From positions 1,591 through 65,590 of the forward strand of contig CAYWIH010000005.1 of the NCBI GenBank assembly GCA_964458305.1: a stretch of 64,000 bases of DNA, given 5' to 3'. Both the position numbers and the translations under genes were made by a program. Numbering within the stretch: the first letter of the stretch is position 1; each line of letters opens with the position of its first letter. This DNA comes from an uncultured bacterium. GTDB taxonomy: Bacteria > Cyanobacteriota > Cyanobacteriia > Cyanobacteriales > JASJDA01. The notes under the pieces are model-generated. The model was not told where the DNA came from, did no database searches, and saw only the letters and a list, made by a program, of their open reading frames with translations. This document shows positions 50,311-61,276 of this stretch, piece by piece.

Positions 50311-53300
50311 AAACGTTTTCATAAATTAGGTTATAAACTTTAAGTTTTCCTTGTTGTTGAGATATTAACCCGGATAAAAGTAATTCGGTAATTTCTGGGG
50401 AATTATTTGAGCTGAAATCGCTTCGATTTAAAATTTTGCGGTAGATTTTTAATATTTCTGGAAAAAAAGATTGTTTGCGATCGATTCGATCGCGTATGGT
50501 GCGTAAATGTTGGGGTTCGTCTTGAAATTCCCAGTTGGCGATGATTTTTTCGCTTACTAGCTTATCGATCGATTCTTTTTCTTTTCCTGGTTCTATTTGG
50601 AGCTGGGAATTGAGAATTAAATCGCAGATTTTTTGAGTTAAAAAAGGTTGTCCTCCCGTCCATTTTAAGATTTCTTTGCAGATAATTTGTACGTTATCAT
50701 ATTTGTTAGTCAAACCGGCTGCTAAGGGTTCTATTTCATGTAATTTAAACCCTGAAAGAGCGATCGCCCGACCGAGATTAAAAGGAGTGCGTTCTTTATT
50801 TTTAATTAGATTAGAGGGGCTGGCTACTCCTAATAAGACAAAAGTAAGTCGTTGATATTGAGGATAATCGGGACGTTGGTTATAAAGAGAACGAATGAAT
50901 GCAAAAAAGTCATCCATATCAAATTTTAAGCTAGAAATACTGTCAATTTCGTCGATAAAAATAACTATTGGCTCTTGAATTTGTTTTAATAAAACTTCTT
51001 TGATAAATTTACTTAATTTTTGTACTGGGGAAAACTTTTCTAAACTTTCCCACCAAGTTTCGCAGTCAAAATTGTCAGAGAGATTTAATCGATAAGTTAA
51101 CTCATCAATTAAACCAAAATACCATTGTTCGATAGTAATATTTTGATTGCCAATTACGGTTAAATCGACAGAAATACAAGTAAATCCTTCAGTTTCTAAT
51201 TGACGAGCCATTTGCACCCGCAAACTAGATTTTCCCATTTGCCTAGCATTTAATATATAACAAAATTCTCCTTTTTTTAAAGCATTATATAAATCTCGAT
51301 CGGCTTGTCTAATTACATAACTAGGAGAATCAAATCGCAAACAACCTCCAACTTGATAGCGATCGATTTCGGCTAATTTTTCATTTTGTAATAAAGCATT
51401 TTCGATCGCGATCGCCATTTGAGAAGAAATTAATTTTAATATTTCCAATCTTTCTTCAGTAAAAGCCCCTACTGTTAAATTATTTTCAAGATAAATTACT
51501 CCGATCGATTTGCCTTTTCCTAATAATGGCAAGCATAAAATAGATTTTATTTCTTTTTTTATGATATAAGGATCGTTGCTAAAAATACTTTCAGATCTAG
51601 CATCTTTTAAAATAATATTTTCTTGAGTTCTTCTCACATAATTAATCAAAGAAAGAGGAAATCGATCGCTATTTTCGCAATTCAAATCTAAAAATACGAT
51701 CGGCCGTTCGGTTGCAGCTGTTAATAATTGTTTTCCGGGATTATCTAAGATAATTGCTCCAGTTTTAGCCCCAACATTTTCGATAGTAAATTTTAAAATA
51801 ATATCTAATAATTTGTCTAAATCCATTTCTTTTTCTAAAGAGCGAGAAGTTTTAATAATAGTGACTAAATCAATATCTTCTGAAGTTATTTTATTCGAAC
51901 TACTTCCTGAAGTATCGGTAACTTTTGTTTGATTTTTTTTCGACTGTTTAGAAAAGAATTGAGAATGTTCTTTTTCCATTGCTTTAACTTTTGCATTCGC
52001 ACCCCATTTTTGATAACAATAACGAGCATCTTGTAAATAAACCTCAGCAATTTTAACTTTATTTTCTGCTAAGTAAAATCTTCCTGCTAGTTCGTTTGCT
52101 AAAGCCTCTTCTTGAATGAATTTATATTCTTTTGCTAAAGCTATAGCTCGATCGTAATGTTCAATCGCTGCTAATTTTTTCCCTAATACTCGATATTTTT
52201 CTGCTTCGACTAAATGATATTTATTTAAATTATTTTCGGGGCAGTGATGCGCCCATTTTTTCATTTTCTTTTGATTGTTTCTTATTTTTGATAAAGTTTG
52301 TTTTTTATCTAATTGGCTCGATAATAAAATCAAAGAATTATAAAAATAAAACTCACGAACCGCTATCAATCCATTACAATCATTTAAATATTCTTCAGCT
52401 AGAATAGTATTTTTTAATGCTAAATTGTAATCTAAAAATAAATAATATAAATGACTTAGATATGTATGTATCCGTAAAAATGGCGATCTTTGCTTTGTAT
52501 TTTTTAATTGTTTAATTGTTTTTTTTATTTGTAAATCAAAAATATCGTTATTTTCTTGTAAATTAAATATATAATCCTGCAAAAAATTATACCAAATAAT
52601 CAATGCTTTTCTTTGGTAAACAATATCTTTATATAGCTCGAGTTTTTGTGATATTTTTGCTAAAGACTTACCACTACTATATAAATTTAAGAAATATTGA
52701 ATTAAAGCCATATTGCTACATTCAAGATCTCCTGTTTCCATTGCTTTTGAGTAAACTTCTAAAAAAGGTTTTATTGTCGTTTTAATATGCTCTTTCCAAT
52801 GTCTAATACCGAAGTTAAATGTCAAAATTATTTTAGCCTTTTCCTTTTTATCCTCGAAGCGATCGATTAAATTTATGCCAATTTTACCAAATTTATAACT
52901 AAGATCGAGATCTTCAAATTTACTAGATAAAATTAAGCCATAAAAAGTATAAGCTGAAGCAGATGAGGAAGTATTTCCATATTTAATCGATAAATCAATT
53001 TGTTTGAATATAACTAAAGGTAATAGTTCGGGAATAGCTATATAAACAACATTATAAATACTGGACAAGATCCGCATTGCTGCTAATTTATAAGGATCTT
53101 TCATTAAAGGTAAATCTGTTAAACTTTCAATATTTTTGCCAGCTAAGATTAATTTAGTATTGATAATTCCTAGCAAAATATCAAATTTACTAGGCTTTAG
53201 TGGCAAATTTATTCCCAACATTTTTAGAACTGGTAGAACAATTTTTACCGCGTCTAATAACTTATTTTGAGCTACATATCCTTGAATTTTGATTTCATAT

Positions 53301-55804
53301 ATTTTTACTCGATCTAATAAACTATTAGAATTTGCTAAAACTCGATCGCCAAACTCTTCCATCGCGATTAAATTGCCATTTAAGAAAGCTAATTCTGCGG
53401 CTTCTGTATATATTTCTAAGCTGAGATCGTAAGTTATTTTCCAACTATTTGTATCTAATAAAGCCAAACAAATTTTTAAATAATTAAATGCTGTTTGATA
53501 TGCTGCCGATCGCTTGGCTTTTTTTCCGGCAATTAAATTTAATTTTGCTAATTGATTTTTTTCTGGCTGAGTCTCGATTAATTCTCTACCTAAATTTAAT
53601 TGATTGACGATCTTAAATATTTGCTTTTCTCGTTCTTTTTCTGGGATATTTGCTAATAATAATTTTCCGATTTGCCAGTGTAAAACTGGTTTTTTTTCTG
53701 GAGAAATTAAAGAATAAGCTGCTTGTTGAATGCGATCGTGACTAAATTTATATTCTATTTCGATCTTCTCTAAATCTAGTTTAATTCCTAATTCGATCGC
53801 TTTGTAAGCATCCCCGAGAGGATAAATTAAATTTGCGGCGATCGCTTCTCTTAATAATAATGCTGTTTGTTGCGGAGTATTTTGGGAAATAATTGCTAAC
53901 GTTTCGATTTCAAAGCGGTCGCCAATACAAGCAGCTAATTGTAATACTTTTTGGATTTCTGGATTTAATTTTTTAATCGATCGCGATAATAATTCGACGA
54001 CATTTTCAGTAATATCTCTTTTTTTAATTGCTTTTAGATCCCATTCCCAATTGCGCTCTCGATCGTTAAAATATAAAAGATTTTCGGCATAAAGCGATCG
54101 CAAAAATCGATCGATAAAAAATGGATTTCCATCTGTTTTACTTAAAATTAATTCTCCTAAATTTTCTGCAGCTTCAAAAGAACAATTAAAACTATCTACA
54201 ATTAAATCATTAATTTCAGACTTTTTTAAAGGATCGAGTAATATTTTCTCAATTTTAACCCCTGCTTTTTCAATTTCTTCTACAGTAGAAATCAAAGGAT
54301 GGAGCGGACTTACTTCATTATCTCGATAAGTGCCAATTAATAATAAATAATTCTCTTCTAATTCTGTTAAAATCGACTCTATTAATCCTAAAGATGCCCG
54401 ATCTGCCCATTGTAAATCGTCTAAAAAAATTACTAATGGATGTTCCGATCGAGCGAAGACTTTAATAAACCTTTTAAAAACAAAATTAAACCGATTTTCT
54501 GCTTCTTTTGGCGGCAAAATAGCAACTTCAGCAACTTCACCAGTGATTAATTTTAACTTCGGAATTACCTCAATAATTACCCCACCATTAACCCCCAAAG
54601 CAGTTAATAATTTGTCTTGCCATTGCTTTAAATTAGCTTCAGTTTCAACTAATAAATACTCAATTAAATCCCCAAAAGCTTGCACGATCGCGCTGTAGGG
54701 AATATCTTTTTGATATTGGTCGAATTTACCCGATATAAAATATCCTTGCGCTTCAGTAATCGATCGATATATTTCTTTTACTAAAGCTGATTTACCAATC
54801 CCAGAATAACCAGAAATAAAGACGGCAGCACTGTTTTTATTTTCATTATCTCTAACCTTTTTAAATGTCTTTAATAAGGTTTCTATTTCATTTTCTCTGC
54901 CGTAGATTTTTTGAGATATTTGTAAGCGATCGCAAATATCTTGACTGGCTAATTGAAAATTATCTATTCTCCCTTTAGTTTTTAATTGTTGCAAACAACA
55001 TTCTAAATCTGCTTTAATTCCCCAAGCAGTTTGATACCTTTCTTCGGGATTTTTTGCCATCAGTTTCGTGACAATATTTGATAGCACTAAAGGTATTTCT
55101 AAATTATTTTGCTGGGGTATTTCTGCGACTTTTGCCAAATGACAATATAATAGTTCTAATAAATCTTCCGTTAAAAAAGGTCTTTTATTTGTTAGTAATT
55201 CATAAAAAGTTACTCCCAATGAATAAAAATCAGTTCGACGATCTAAAGCTAGGTTAATCCTTCCCGTTTGTTCTGGAGAAATATAAGCTAAAGTTCCTTC
55301 TAAAATTTGCGGATTTTTGAGAGTAGGATTTTCTTTTGGTAACCTCGTTGCAATTCCAAAATCAATAATTTTAACTTCTTTAGTCGATATATTATAAACA
55401 ATATTAGCCGGATTTATATCTTTATGAATGATATTAGCTGCATGAATTTCTTGCAACCCAGCAGTTATTTTTATCGCTATTTCTAAAAATTCTTCGATCG
55501 TAAATTTACGCTCTTTTGCGATAATATCTAACGATCGCCCGCCAAAATCTTCAAAAGCAATTACTAAAGTATTTTGATATTTTTTTAGATCGTAAGCTGC
55601 GATAATACGATCGCTTTTTAAATTTTTGGTAATTTGATATTCTTGCTCGTATCTGGTTAGTTCTTCAGTACTAGGATAATTTGGGTTAAGAAATTTTAAG
55701 ATAACCGGACGAGTAGTTTTTTGCTCAACTCCTCGATATACTAAAGAGTTATTGCTTTGATAGATGGGATCGAGGGTTTGATATCCACTCAGTTCGATCT
55801 TCAT
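50222..55804 (-). CDS. Giant multidomain signalling protein: Ser/Thr kinase - AAA_16-type ATPase - TPR-like region - GAF - AAA_35-like ATPase module
   Basis: 1860 aa. It has a Hanks kinase (HKDINPANI, DFG, SPEQ), a P-loop (ISGYSGIGKSALV), a long helical-repeat region and a GAF domain. The C-terminal roughly 380 aa begin YQVGGCLRFDSPSYVIRQADRDLYNALKKGEFCYILNARQMGKSSL, typical of stand-alone cyanobacterial AAA-like (AAA_35) proteins. Confidence 0.85.
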   Translation of the reverse strand: MKIELSGYQTLDPIYQSNNSLVYRGVEQKTTRPVILKFLNPNYPSTEELTRYEQEYQITKNLKSDRIIAAYDLKKYQNTLVIAFEDFGGRSLDIIAKERKFTIEEFLEIAIKITAGLQEIHAANIIHKDINPANIVYNISTKEVKIIDFGIATRLPKENPTLKNPQILEGTLAYISPEQTGRINLALDRRTDFYSLGVTFYELLTNKRPFLTEDLLELLYCHLAKVAEIPQQNNLEIPLVLSNIVTKLMAKNPEERYQTAWGIKADLECCLQQLKTKGRIDNFQLASQDICDRLQISQKIYGRENEIETLLKTFKKVRDNENKNSAAVFISGYSGIGKSALVKEIYRSITEAQGYFISGKFDQYQKDIPYSAIVQAFGDLIEYLLVETEANLKQWQDKLLTALGVNGGVIIEVIPKLKLITGEVAEVAILPPKEAENRFNFVFKRFIKVFARSEHPLVIFLDDLQWADRASLGLIESILTELEENYLLLIGTYRDNEVSPLHPLISTVEEIEKAGVKIEKILLDPLKKSEINDLIVDSFNCSFEAAENLGELILSKTDGNPFFIDRFLRSLYAENLLYFNDRERNWEWDLKAIKKRDITENVVELLSRSIKKLNPEIQKVLQLAACIGDRFEIETLAIISQNTPQQTALLLREAIAANLIYPLGDAYKAIELGIKLDLEKIEIEYKFSHDRIQQAAYSLISPEKKPVLHWQIGKLLLANIPEKEREKQIFKIVNQLNLGRELIETQPEKNQLAKLNLIAGKKAKRSAAYQTAFNYLKICLALLDTNSWKITYDLSLEIYTEAAELAFLNGNLIAMEEFGDRVLANSNSLLDRVKIYEIKIQGYVAQNKLLDAVKIVLPVLKMLGINLPLKPSKFDILLGIINTKLILAGKNIESLTDLPLMKDPYKLAAMRILSSIYNVVYIAIPELLPLVIFKQIDLSIKYGNTSSSASAYTFYGLILSSKFEDLDLSYKFGKIGINLIDRFEDKKEKAKIILTFNFGIRHWKEHIKTTIKPFLEVYSKAMETGDLECSNMALIQYFLNLYSSGKSLAKISQKLELYKDIVYQRKALIIWYNFLQDYIFNLQENNDIFDLQIKKTIKQLKNTKQRSPFLRIHTYLSHLYYLFLDYNLALKNTILAEEYLNDCNGLIAVREFYFYNSLILLSSQLDKKQTLSKIRNNQKKMKKWAHHCPENNLNKYHLVEAEKYRVLGKKLAAIEHYDRAIALAKEYKFIQEEALANELAGRFYLAENKVKIAEVYLQDARYCYQKWGANAKVKAMEKEHSQFFSKQSKKNQTKVTDTSGSSSNKITSEDIDLVTIIKTSRSLEKEMDLDKLLDIILKFTIENVGAKTGAIILDNPGKQLLTAATERPIVFLDLNCENSDRFPLSLINYVRRTQENIILKDARSESIFSNDPYIIKKEIKSILCLPLLGKGKSIGVIYLENNLTVGAFTEERLEILKLISSQMAIAIENALLQNEKLAEIDRYQVGGCLRFDSPSYVIRQADRDLYNALKKGEFCYILNARQMGKSSLRVQMARQLETEGFTCISVDLTVIGNQNITIEQWYFGLIDELTYRLNLSDNFDCETWWESLEKFSPVQKLSKFIKEVLLKQIQEPIVIFIDEIDSISSLKFDMDDFFAFIRSLYNQRPDYPQYQRLTFVLLGVASPSNLIKNKERTPFNLGRAIALSGFKLHEIEPLAAGLTNKYDNVQIICKEILKWTGGQPFLTQKICDLILNSQLQIEPGKEKESIDKLVSEKIIANWEFQDEPQHLRTIRDRIDRKQSFFPEILKIYRKILNRSDFSSNNSPEITELLLSGLISQQQGKLKVYNLIYENVFNHHWIDSQTVKALIAKNQVEPAKEKDDL

Positions 55805-56097
55805 ATGTTTGGTTTCGATCTTAGATGGGAAAACAAATTAAATTGTAGATCTATTTGTTGCTTCTGTCTTGCTGAGATCTCGACAATTTACCTAGTAATT
55901 ATTAGCTTACTTAATTGATGCTACTTTTTACGACGATCTGGCTACTTTTTATTACTTTTGAATAATGAAAATCGATCTAAAAAAAAATAAACTAAGTATA
56001 ACTAATTAAATCGATCGAACTTAATCCTATCAAGATCGATCTATTTAAATATTTGTTAATTTTTTAAAAATACTTTTTTGAAGCGCGAGAATAAGAC

Positions 56098-56502
56098 ATG
56101 AAAAATTTATTAGAAAGTTTATTAGCTCTAGCAATTGCTAGCATTAATCTTGCTAACTTTTCTCATAATAATACTAATAAAAAAAATAAGTCAGAACTTA
56201 GTAATTCAAGTTTGAGTTCAAAACAAAACATATTTACTAACAAACTTGCGATTAAAGCTAATAATTTGCAAATCTCTCCTCGATTTGATATAGGACAATT
56301 TATAACAGTCGAAGTTAGGGAACTTGACAAACAAACTAATCAAATAATCTCCAAACAAGAAGTTAACCAAGTCAAAAAAATCAGAGTTATTATCGAAATT
56401 GGGAACAACCAGCAAACAGACGTAGAAACAACCAAGGTTCAGTATTTAATCGCTTCAGTATTTCGAGAACTTTGGGTAGACGAAGACAATCTGATTATTT
56501 AA
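56098..56502 (+). CDS. Doubtful hypothetical protein (possible signal peptide)
   Basis: 134-aa ORF in a very AT-rich segment, with a hydrophobic N-terminus (LLESLLALAIASINLANF) and a low-complexity N/K/S-rich body. Confidence 0.3.
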   Translation: MKNLLESLLALAIASINLANFSHNNTNKKNKSELSNSSLSSKQNIFTNKLAIKANNLQISPRFDIGQFITVEVRELDKQTNQIISKQEVNQVKKIRVIIEIGNNQQTDVETTKVQYLIASVFRELWVDEDNLII

Positions 56503-57087
56503 TAAGTAATTATTATTAACAGATTAAAATTATCTAATATTCGAGACTTGAAAAACAGACTGCAGATCGAGAAAAAATCAATTACTCAAAGACTTCTAAG
56601 AACGCGCGATCGGTACAAAAGTATTGCAGTACTTTCTTAGTTCAATAAGTTTAGCAATATTAAAGTTTATGCTACTTTTTGCTACTTATTTCGAGAGAAA
56701 TCTTAAAACAATCTTAAAAATAAGCTACCTTTTTAAAAAATATTGTAATGACAAGTGTAAATTTATTGTTTATAAAGGAATTGTAAGAGAATAAAACCCT
56801 TCTCGAACTAAATATCTTTTGTGACAGTATTCTTAAAAATCTTAATCTTTCGAGGAATTGGTTAAGAAATATTTCCTGACTTGACAATAAAGTAATTACA
56901 ATTTTGAGATCGATTTGATAACAATTGAAAAATCGATCGGGACATTTTTCAATTCTTAGAAAAATTAATTTTAAACAAAAACAAGGCAAACATTAAAAAT
57001 TAAAGCTTAAAATTTCAGCGAGAGCGGTGTTGAGGATTATACTCGTTCTCGGTATCGTGTAAATAATAAATTATTGGAGCAACAAAG

Positions 57088-57417
57088 ATGACAAAATATT
57101 ACTTTGTGCTAGCTTCTCAACGCTTTTTATTAGAAGAAGAACCTCTTGAAGAAGTTCTCAGAGAAAGAACTCGGGACTACGAAGACAAAGGCAAAGAAAT
57201 TGACTTTTGGTTAGTTAAAGACCCTGCCTTTTTAGAATCGCCAGAATTTGCTGAGATTAAAGCTCAGTGTCCGCAACCTTGTGCTGCGGTGATTTCTACC
57301 GATCGAAATGTAATCGTTTGGTTAAAACTGCGCTTAGAATACGTCCTCAAAGGCGAATTCCAAGCTCCAAGCGATAGCATTCCCAATCCGATCGGGTCTT
57401 TGCAAAAAGTCTCTTAA
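57088..57417 (+). CDS. ycf54: Ycf54-like protein (Mg-protoporphyrin monomethyl ester cyclase complex factor, DUF2488)
   Basis: 109 aa. YYFVLASQRFLLEEEPLEEVLRERTRDY...EIDFWLV..PAFLESPEF...WLKLRLEYVLKGEF matches my recollection of the Ycf54 family. Confidence 0.75.
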   Translation: MTKYYFVLASQRFLLEEEPLEEVLRERTRDYEDKGKEIDFWLVKDPAFLESPEFAEIKAQCPQPCAAVISTDRNVIVWLKLRLEYVLKGEFQAPSDSIPNPIGSLQKVS

Positions 57418-57425
57418 GGGATTTG

Positions 57426-57881
57426 CTACTCAAAAGCTGGCAGAATCATTAAAGAAACACTTACCCCCAAAAGTAATCCAACCAATACTTGAAAGGGGGT
57501 GTGTCCCAATAACTCTTTGAGTCTTTCCTCATTCAAATCTCGATCGTGAAATAGTTCGTCGATCAGTTGGTTGAGTATTTTAGCCTGTTTTCCCGCAGCT
57601 TGACGAACTCCAGCAGCGTCGTACATGACGATGACAGCGAACAAACAAGCGATCGCGAATTCTGGAGAAGACCATCCTAAAGTCTGACCGATGCCGCAAG
57701 CCAAAGCTCCTACTAAAGCCGAATGCGCGCTCGGCATTCCTCCGGTGGTAAATAAATAGCTCAATTTTACTTTACCGTGTTTGAGCAGTTCGATCGCCAA
57801 CTTAAATCCTTGGGCTATCAAACAAGCCGAAAGGGCCACTAGCAAAATTTTATTATCAAAAATTGTGGGTAATTGTTCCAT
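57426..57881 (-). CDS. Divergent PAP2-family membrane protein (DUF212)
   Basis: 151 aa with GGMPSAHSALVGAL and VMYDAAGVR motifs. Confidence 0.75.
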   Translation of the reverse strand: MEQLPTIFDNKILLVALSACLIAQGFKLAIELLKHGKVKLSYLFTTGGMPSAHSALVGALACGIGQTLGWSSPEFAIACLFAVIVMYDAAGVRQAAGKQAKILNQLIDELFHDRDLNEERLKELLGHTPFQVLVGLLLGVSVSLMILPAFE

Positions 57882-57934
57882 CCTCTCTTTCTATTGCCTC
57901 AATAATCTCTAAATATTTTAAAAGCTTAAATTTA

Positions 57935-58861
57935 TTAATTTTTGCGATCGACAATAAACTTAGCTAAAGCTTGTAAAGGTTCTGCTTTTTCTCCAAAAGG
58001 ATTTAATTGTTCGATAGCAGAATCGATTAATTCTCTAGCTCTAACTTTAGACTCTTCCAAGCCCCAAATACTGGGAAAAGTCGCTTTTTGTGCCGCCAAA
58101 TCCTTCCCAGCAGTTTTTCCCAACTCCTCATCGGTAGCGGTGATATCTAAGATATCGTCGACAATTTGAAAAGCCAAACCAATCTTTTGGGCGTATTGAG
58201 AAAGTCGTTCGATCTCATCTTCGTTTGCACCCGCCAAAATTGCCCCAGAAAGTACCGAAGCCTCTAATAAAGCACCTGTCTTACGAGTGTGAATGAAATT
58301 GAGAGTTTCAACGGAAATATCGGGTTTGCCTTCAGATTCTAAATCGATCGTTTGACCCCCGACTAAGCCCCAAGCACCTACAGCACGGCCCAAACGAATT
58401 ATTACTCGTACTACCCGCTCTGGGGGCACATTTTTAGTTTGAGCGGCATATTCAAAAGCATAAGCGAGCAGGCCATCTCCGGCAAGAATGGCGATATTTT
58501 CGCCGTAAACTTTGTGATTGGTCAATTTACCGCGCCGATAGTCATCGTCGTCCATTGCAGGAAGATCGTCGTGGATCAACGACATAGTATGAATCATTTC
58601 TAAAGCGCAGGCTGTTGGCATCGCCATTTCTATAGTTCCGCCAGTCAATTCGCAAGCAGCCAGGCAGAGAATGGGGCGCAACCGCTTACCACCAGCTAAA
58701 AGCGAGTAACGCATCGCCTCATAAATTTTTTCCGGTTTGGCAATAGGAAGACTTTGCTCGAGAGCAACTTCTACCAAATGTTTGCGCTCTTTGAGATAGT
58801 TTTCTAAGCTGAATTCTAAAAATTGCTCCCCGTCGCTGAGTTTTTCGTCTGTCTTCACCAT
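57935..58861 (-). CDS. crtE: Geranylgeranyl diphosphate synthase (polyprenyl synthetase)
   Basis: It has the FARM motif [18 protein letters not shown] and the SARM motif FQIVDDILD. The ATG is at 58861, and the track ORF starts at TTG 58882. Confidence 0.88.
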   Translation of the reverse strand: MVKTDEKLSDGEQFLEFSLENYLKERKHLVEVALEQSLPIAKPEKIYEAMRYSLLAGGKRLRPILCLAACELTGGTIEMAMPTACALEMIHTMSLIHDDLPAMDDDDYRRGKLTNHKVYGENIAILAGDGLLAYAFEYAAQTKNVPPERVVRVIIRLGRAVGAWGLVGGQTIDLESEGKPDISVETLNFIHTRKTGALLEASVLSGAILAGANEDEIERLSQYAQKIGLAFQIVDDILDITATDEELGKTAGKDLAAQKATFPSIWGLEESKVRARELIDSAIEQLNPFGEKAEPLQALAKFIVDRKN

Positions 58862-59069
58862 ATTTCGATCTTTATTATCCAACGGACTGTTTTAATTATT
58901 ACTCTACGCGTAACTCGAACCAAATAAAACTTTTTTTGAGAAATTATCCCTCTGAAATAGTATATAAAACAAAATATTAAATGTAATTGCAACGATCGAG
59001 CAGAAATTAACGCATATCATAATTTTGGTGTAATAAATTTCTTTTCGAGAGGCGATCGAGTAGCGGCAA

Positions 59070-60851
59070 ATGAAACAAATTTTCGGCTTGACGGCACTAA
59101 CCACAATAATTTTTGCACTTCACAGTCCCTCAGCCTCAGCACGACAAGAGCAATTGAGAGAAAATCTTTACTTAGCTTATCCGCCACCAAACCACCAAAC
59201 TACCGCCGACAAAATTTTCTTTATCGGCAACGCCCCACCCCAAGGAGAAGTTTTAATTAACGATCGCCCGATCGATCGCAGCAAAACTGGCAATTTCGCC
59301 CCCTCCTTTCCCCTCGAAATCGGCGAAAATACCTTTACAATCAGCTATCAAGACGAAACCATCGCAGTTACAATAACTCGTCTTTCCGTCCAACCCAAAA
59401 TCCCCGATCGAGTTGCTTTCGCCGAAAATAGCCTGACTCCAGCCAGAAATATTACCAGACTTCCCAACGAATCGATTTGTTTTAGCGCGATCGCTCCTCT
59501 CGATGCTAAAGTTTCGGTACGTCTCGGTTTTAAAACTATTCCCCTTTTACCCCAAACAGATGAAGTAGATCTTCCTCCTAATTGGGCGATTTACACCTCA
59601 GAAAATCAAAAAACTTATATCAAAATCGGCCAGTACAAAGGATGTACTAAAATATCCAGACCGGGTAATTGGGGCCGCCCTTTATTTCGACTCCGCAAAG
59701 ACCGTCAAACCTTTACCAAAAGAGGCCCCGCATCAGTTACCATTCTCGCTGCCGATCGCCGCAATATTATCGAAGTTATTGCCGATGCTGGAGTAGCTAG
59801 AACCGGCCCCAGTACCACTTATTCTCGCCTCACTCCCCTACCTCGAGGTACTAGAGCCACCGTAACCGGAAGCGAAGGAGATTGGTTGCGTCTCGATTAT
59901 GGTGCTTGGATAAAAGCCAGCGAAACTAAAATTCTCCCCGATCTGAGTCGCTCGCGATCGATTATTAGAAGTATTATCGCCAAACAAGTTAATAATTCTA
60001 CTGAAATAGTTTTTCCTTTGCAAAATCCCGTGCCAGTCTCGGTCAAGCAAGGCGATCGCACTTTTACTTTAACCCTGCACAATACCACCGCTCAAACCGA
60101 CATCATTCGCCTCGATGACAATCCTTATATCAAACGTCTCGACTGGGAGCAAATTAACCCGACAACTGTCGAATATACTTTTATCCTCAAATCAAAACAA
60201 CAATGGGGCTACGATCTCAAATATCGCGGCCGAAGTTTAGTTTTGACCCTGCGACATCCTCCCCGAGTTTTATCTAGATCTAAGAATATAGGCTCTTTAA
60301 AGGGCATTAAAATTTTACTCGACCCCGGACACGGCGGCAAAGAACTCGGTGCGAGAGGCCCCACCGGATATCCTGAAAAGGAAGTTAATCTGATCGTTGC
60401 TAAATTATTGCGCGACGAACTCGAAAGTCGCGGCGCGATCGTTTATATGACTAGGGAGGAAGATCGATTCGTTTCTTTAGGAGATCGGGTTAATTTAATT
60501 AATACCGTTCGGCCCGCGATCGCCCTTTCAATTCATTACAATGCTTTACCCGATAGCGGTAACGCGATCGATACTCGCGGTGTGGGTATGTTTTGGTATC
60601 ATCCCATGGCCCACGATTTGGCTGTTTTTTTAGAAAGTTATTTAGTTAAAAAGCTCGATCGACCCAGCTACGGAGTTTTTTGGAACAATCTCGCTCTGAC
60701 TCGCCCCCATACTGCTCCTGCGGTACTTCTCGAATTGGGTTTTATGATCAATCCCGAAGAATTTGAATGGATCTCCGATCCCCAACAGCAAACTATCTTA
60801 GCCGTTTCTCTAGCTGATGCTTTAAGCGAGTGGTTCGCTACTGTCGATTGA
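59070..60851 (+). CDS. N-acetylmuramoyl-L-alanine amidase (Amidase_3) with N-terminal signal peptide and SH3-like region
   Basis: 593 aa. The C-terminal amidase_3 domain reads ILLDPGHGGKELGARGPTGYPEKEVNL...SIHYNA...LLELGFMINPEE. An SH3b-like GDWLRLDYGAWIKAS segment is also present. Confidence 0.85.
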   Translation: MKQIFGLTALTTIIFALHSPSASARQEQLRENLYLAYPPPNHQTTADKIFFIGNAPPQGEVLINDRPIDRSKTGNFAPSFPLEIGENTFTISYQDETIAVTITRLSVQPKIPDRVAFAENSLTPARNITRLPNESICFSAIAPLDAKVSVRLGFKTIPLLPQTDEVDLPPNWAIYTSENQKTYIKIGQYKGCTKISRPGNWGRPLFRLRKDRQTFTKRGPASVTILAADRRNIIEVIADAGVARTGPSTTYSRLTPLPRGTRATVTGSEGDWLRLDYGAWIKASETKILPDLSRSRSIIRSIIAKQVNNSTEIVFPLQNPVPVSVKQGDRTFTLTLHNTTAQTDIIRLDDNPYIKRLDWEQINPTTVEYTFILKSKQQWGYDLKYRGRSLVLTLRHPPRVLSRSKNIGSLKGIKILLDPGHGGKELGARGPTGYPEKEVNLIVAKLLRDELESRGAIVYMTREEDRFVSLGDRVNLINTVRPAIALSIHYNALPDSGNAIDTRGVGMFWYHPMAHDLAVFLESYLVKKLDRPSYGVFWNNLALTRPHTAPAVLLELGFMINPEEFEWISDPQQQTILAVSLADALSEWFATVD

Positions 60852-61276
60852 AACCATCTGTCTTAGTTTATAATAACGATCGGCGAGTCACTACTTTCCT
60901 AATATATTTAGTTTTACTAAGGCAATAATTATAATCTTTTAATCTAAAATTATTAAGGATTATTACATTATGAGTAATTATCGGCTAAATAAATTTATTC
61001 ATTTAATATCTATCTTTCGGTCGAAACCAGGAAAATATGGGTAGTTTGTCGTAAAAAAGGTTCGGTTTGCCATAATTCAAATTTCGATAGGATAGTGTAA
61101 ACTCGTAATAAATATAGCTTATAAAAATTATCCAATTGTTCGATGATTTATTTAAAAATAAAGTTCAAAATATAACTGTAGGTAGATATTTCCTTGATGG
61201 GGAACGAAACTTACTAATTAAAGTCATTTAAAAAAAAGACTTAGTTCGTTTATTTAGTTATCAAAAAGAAAATAAT

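Noticed and set aside
55918-56690. A 12-nt direct repeat ATGCTACTTTTT (55918-55929 and 56669-56680, each with an adjacent GCTACTT copy) flanks the AT-rich orf134 segment, suggesting a possible small insertion.
   Set aside because: The repeat is short and lies in a strongly AT-biased region. No mobility gene or terminal inverted repeats were found. It could be tested by comparing the locus in related genomes but is not strong enough to call.
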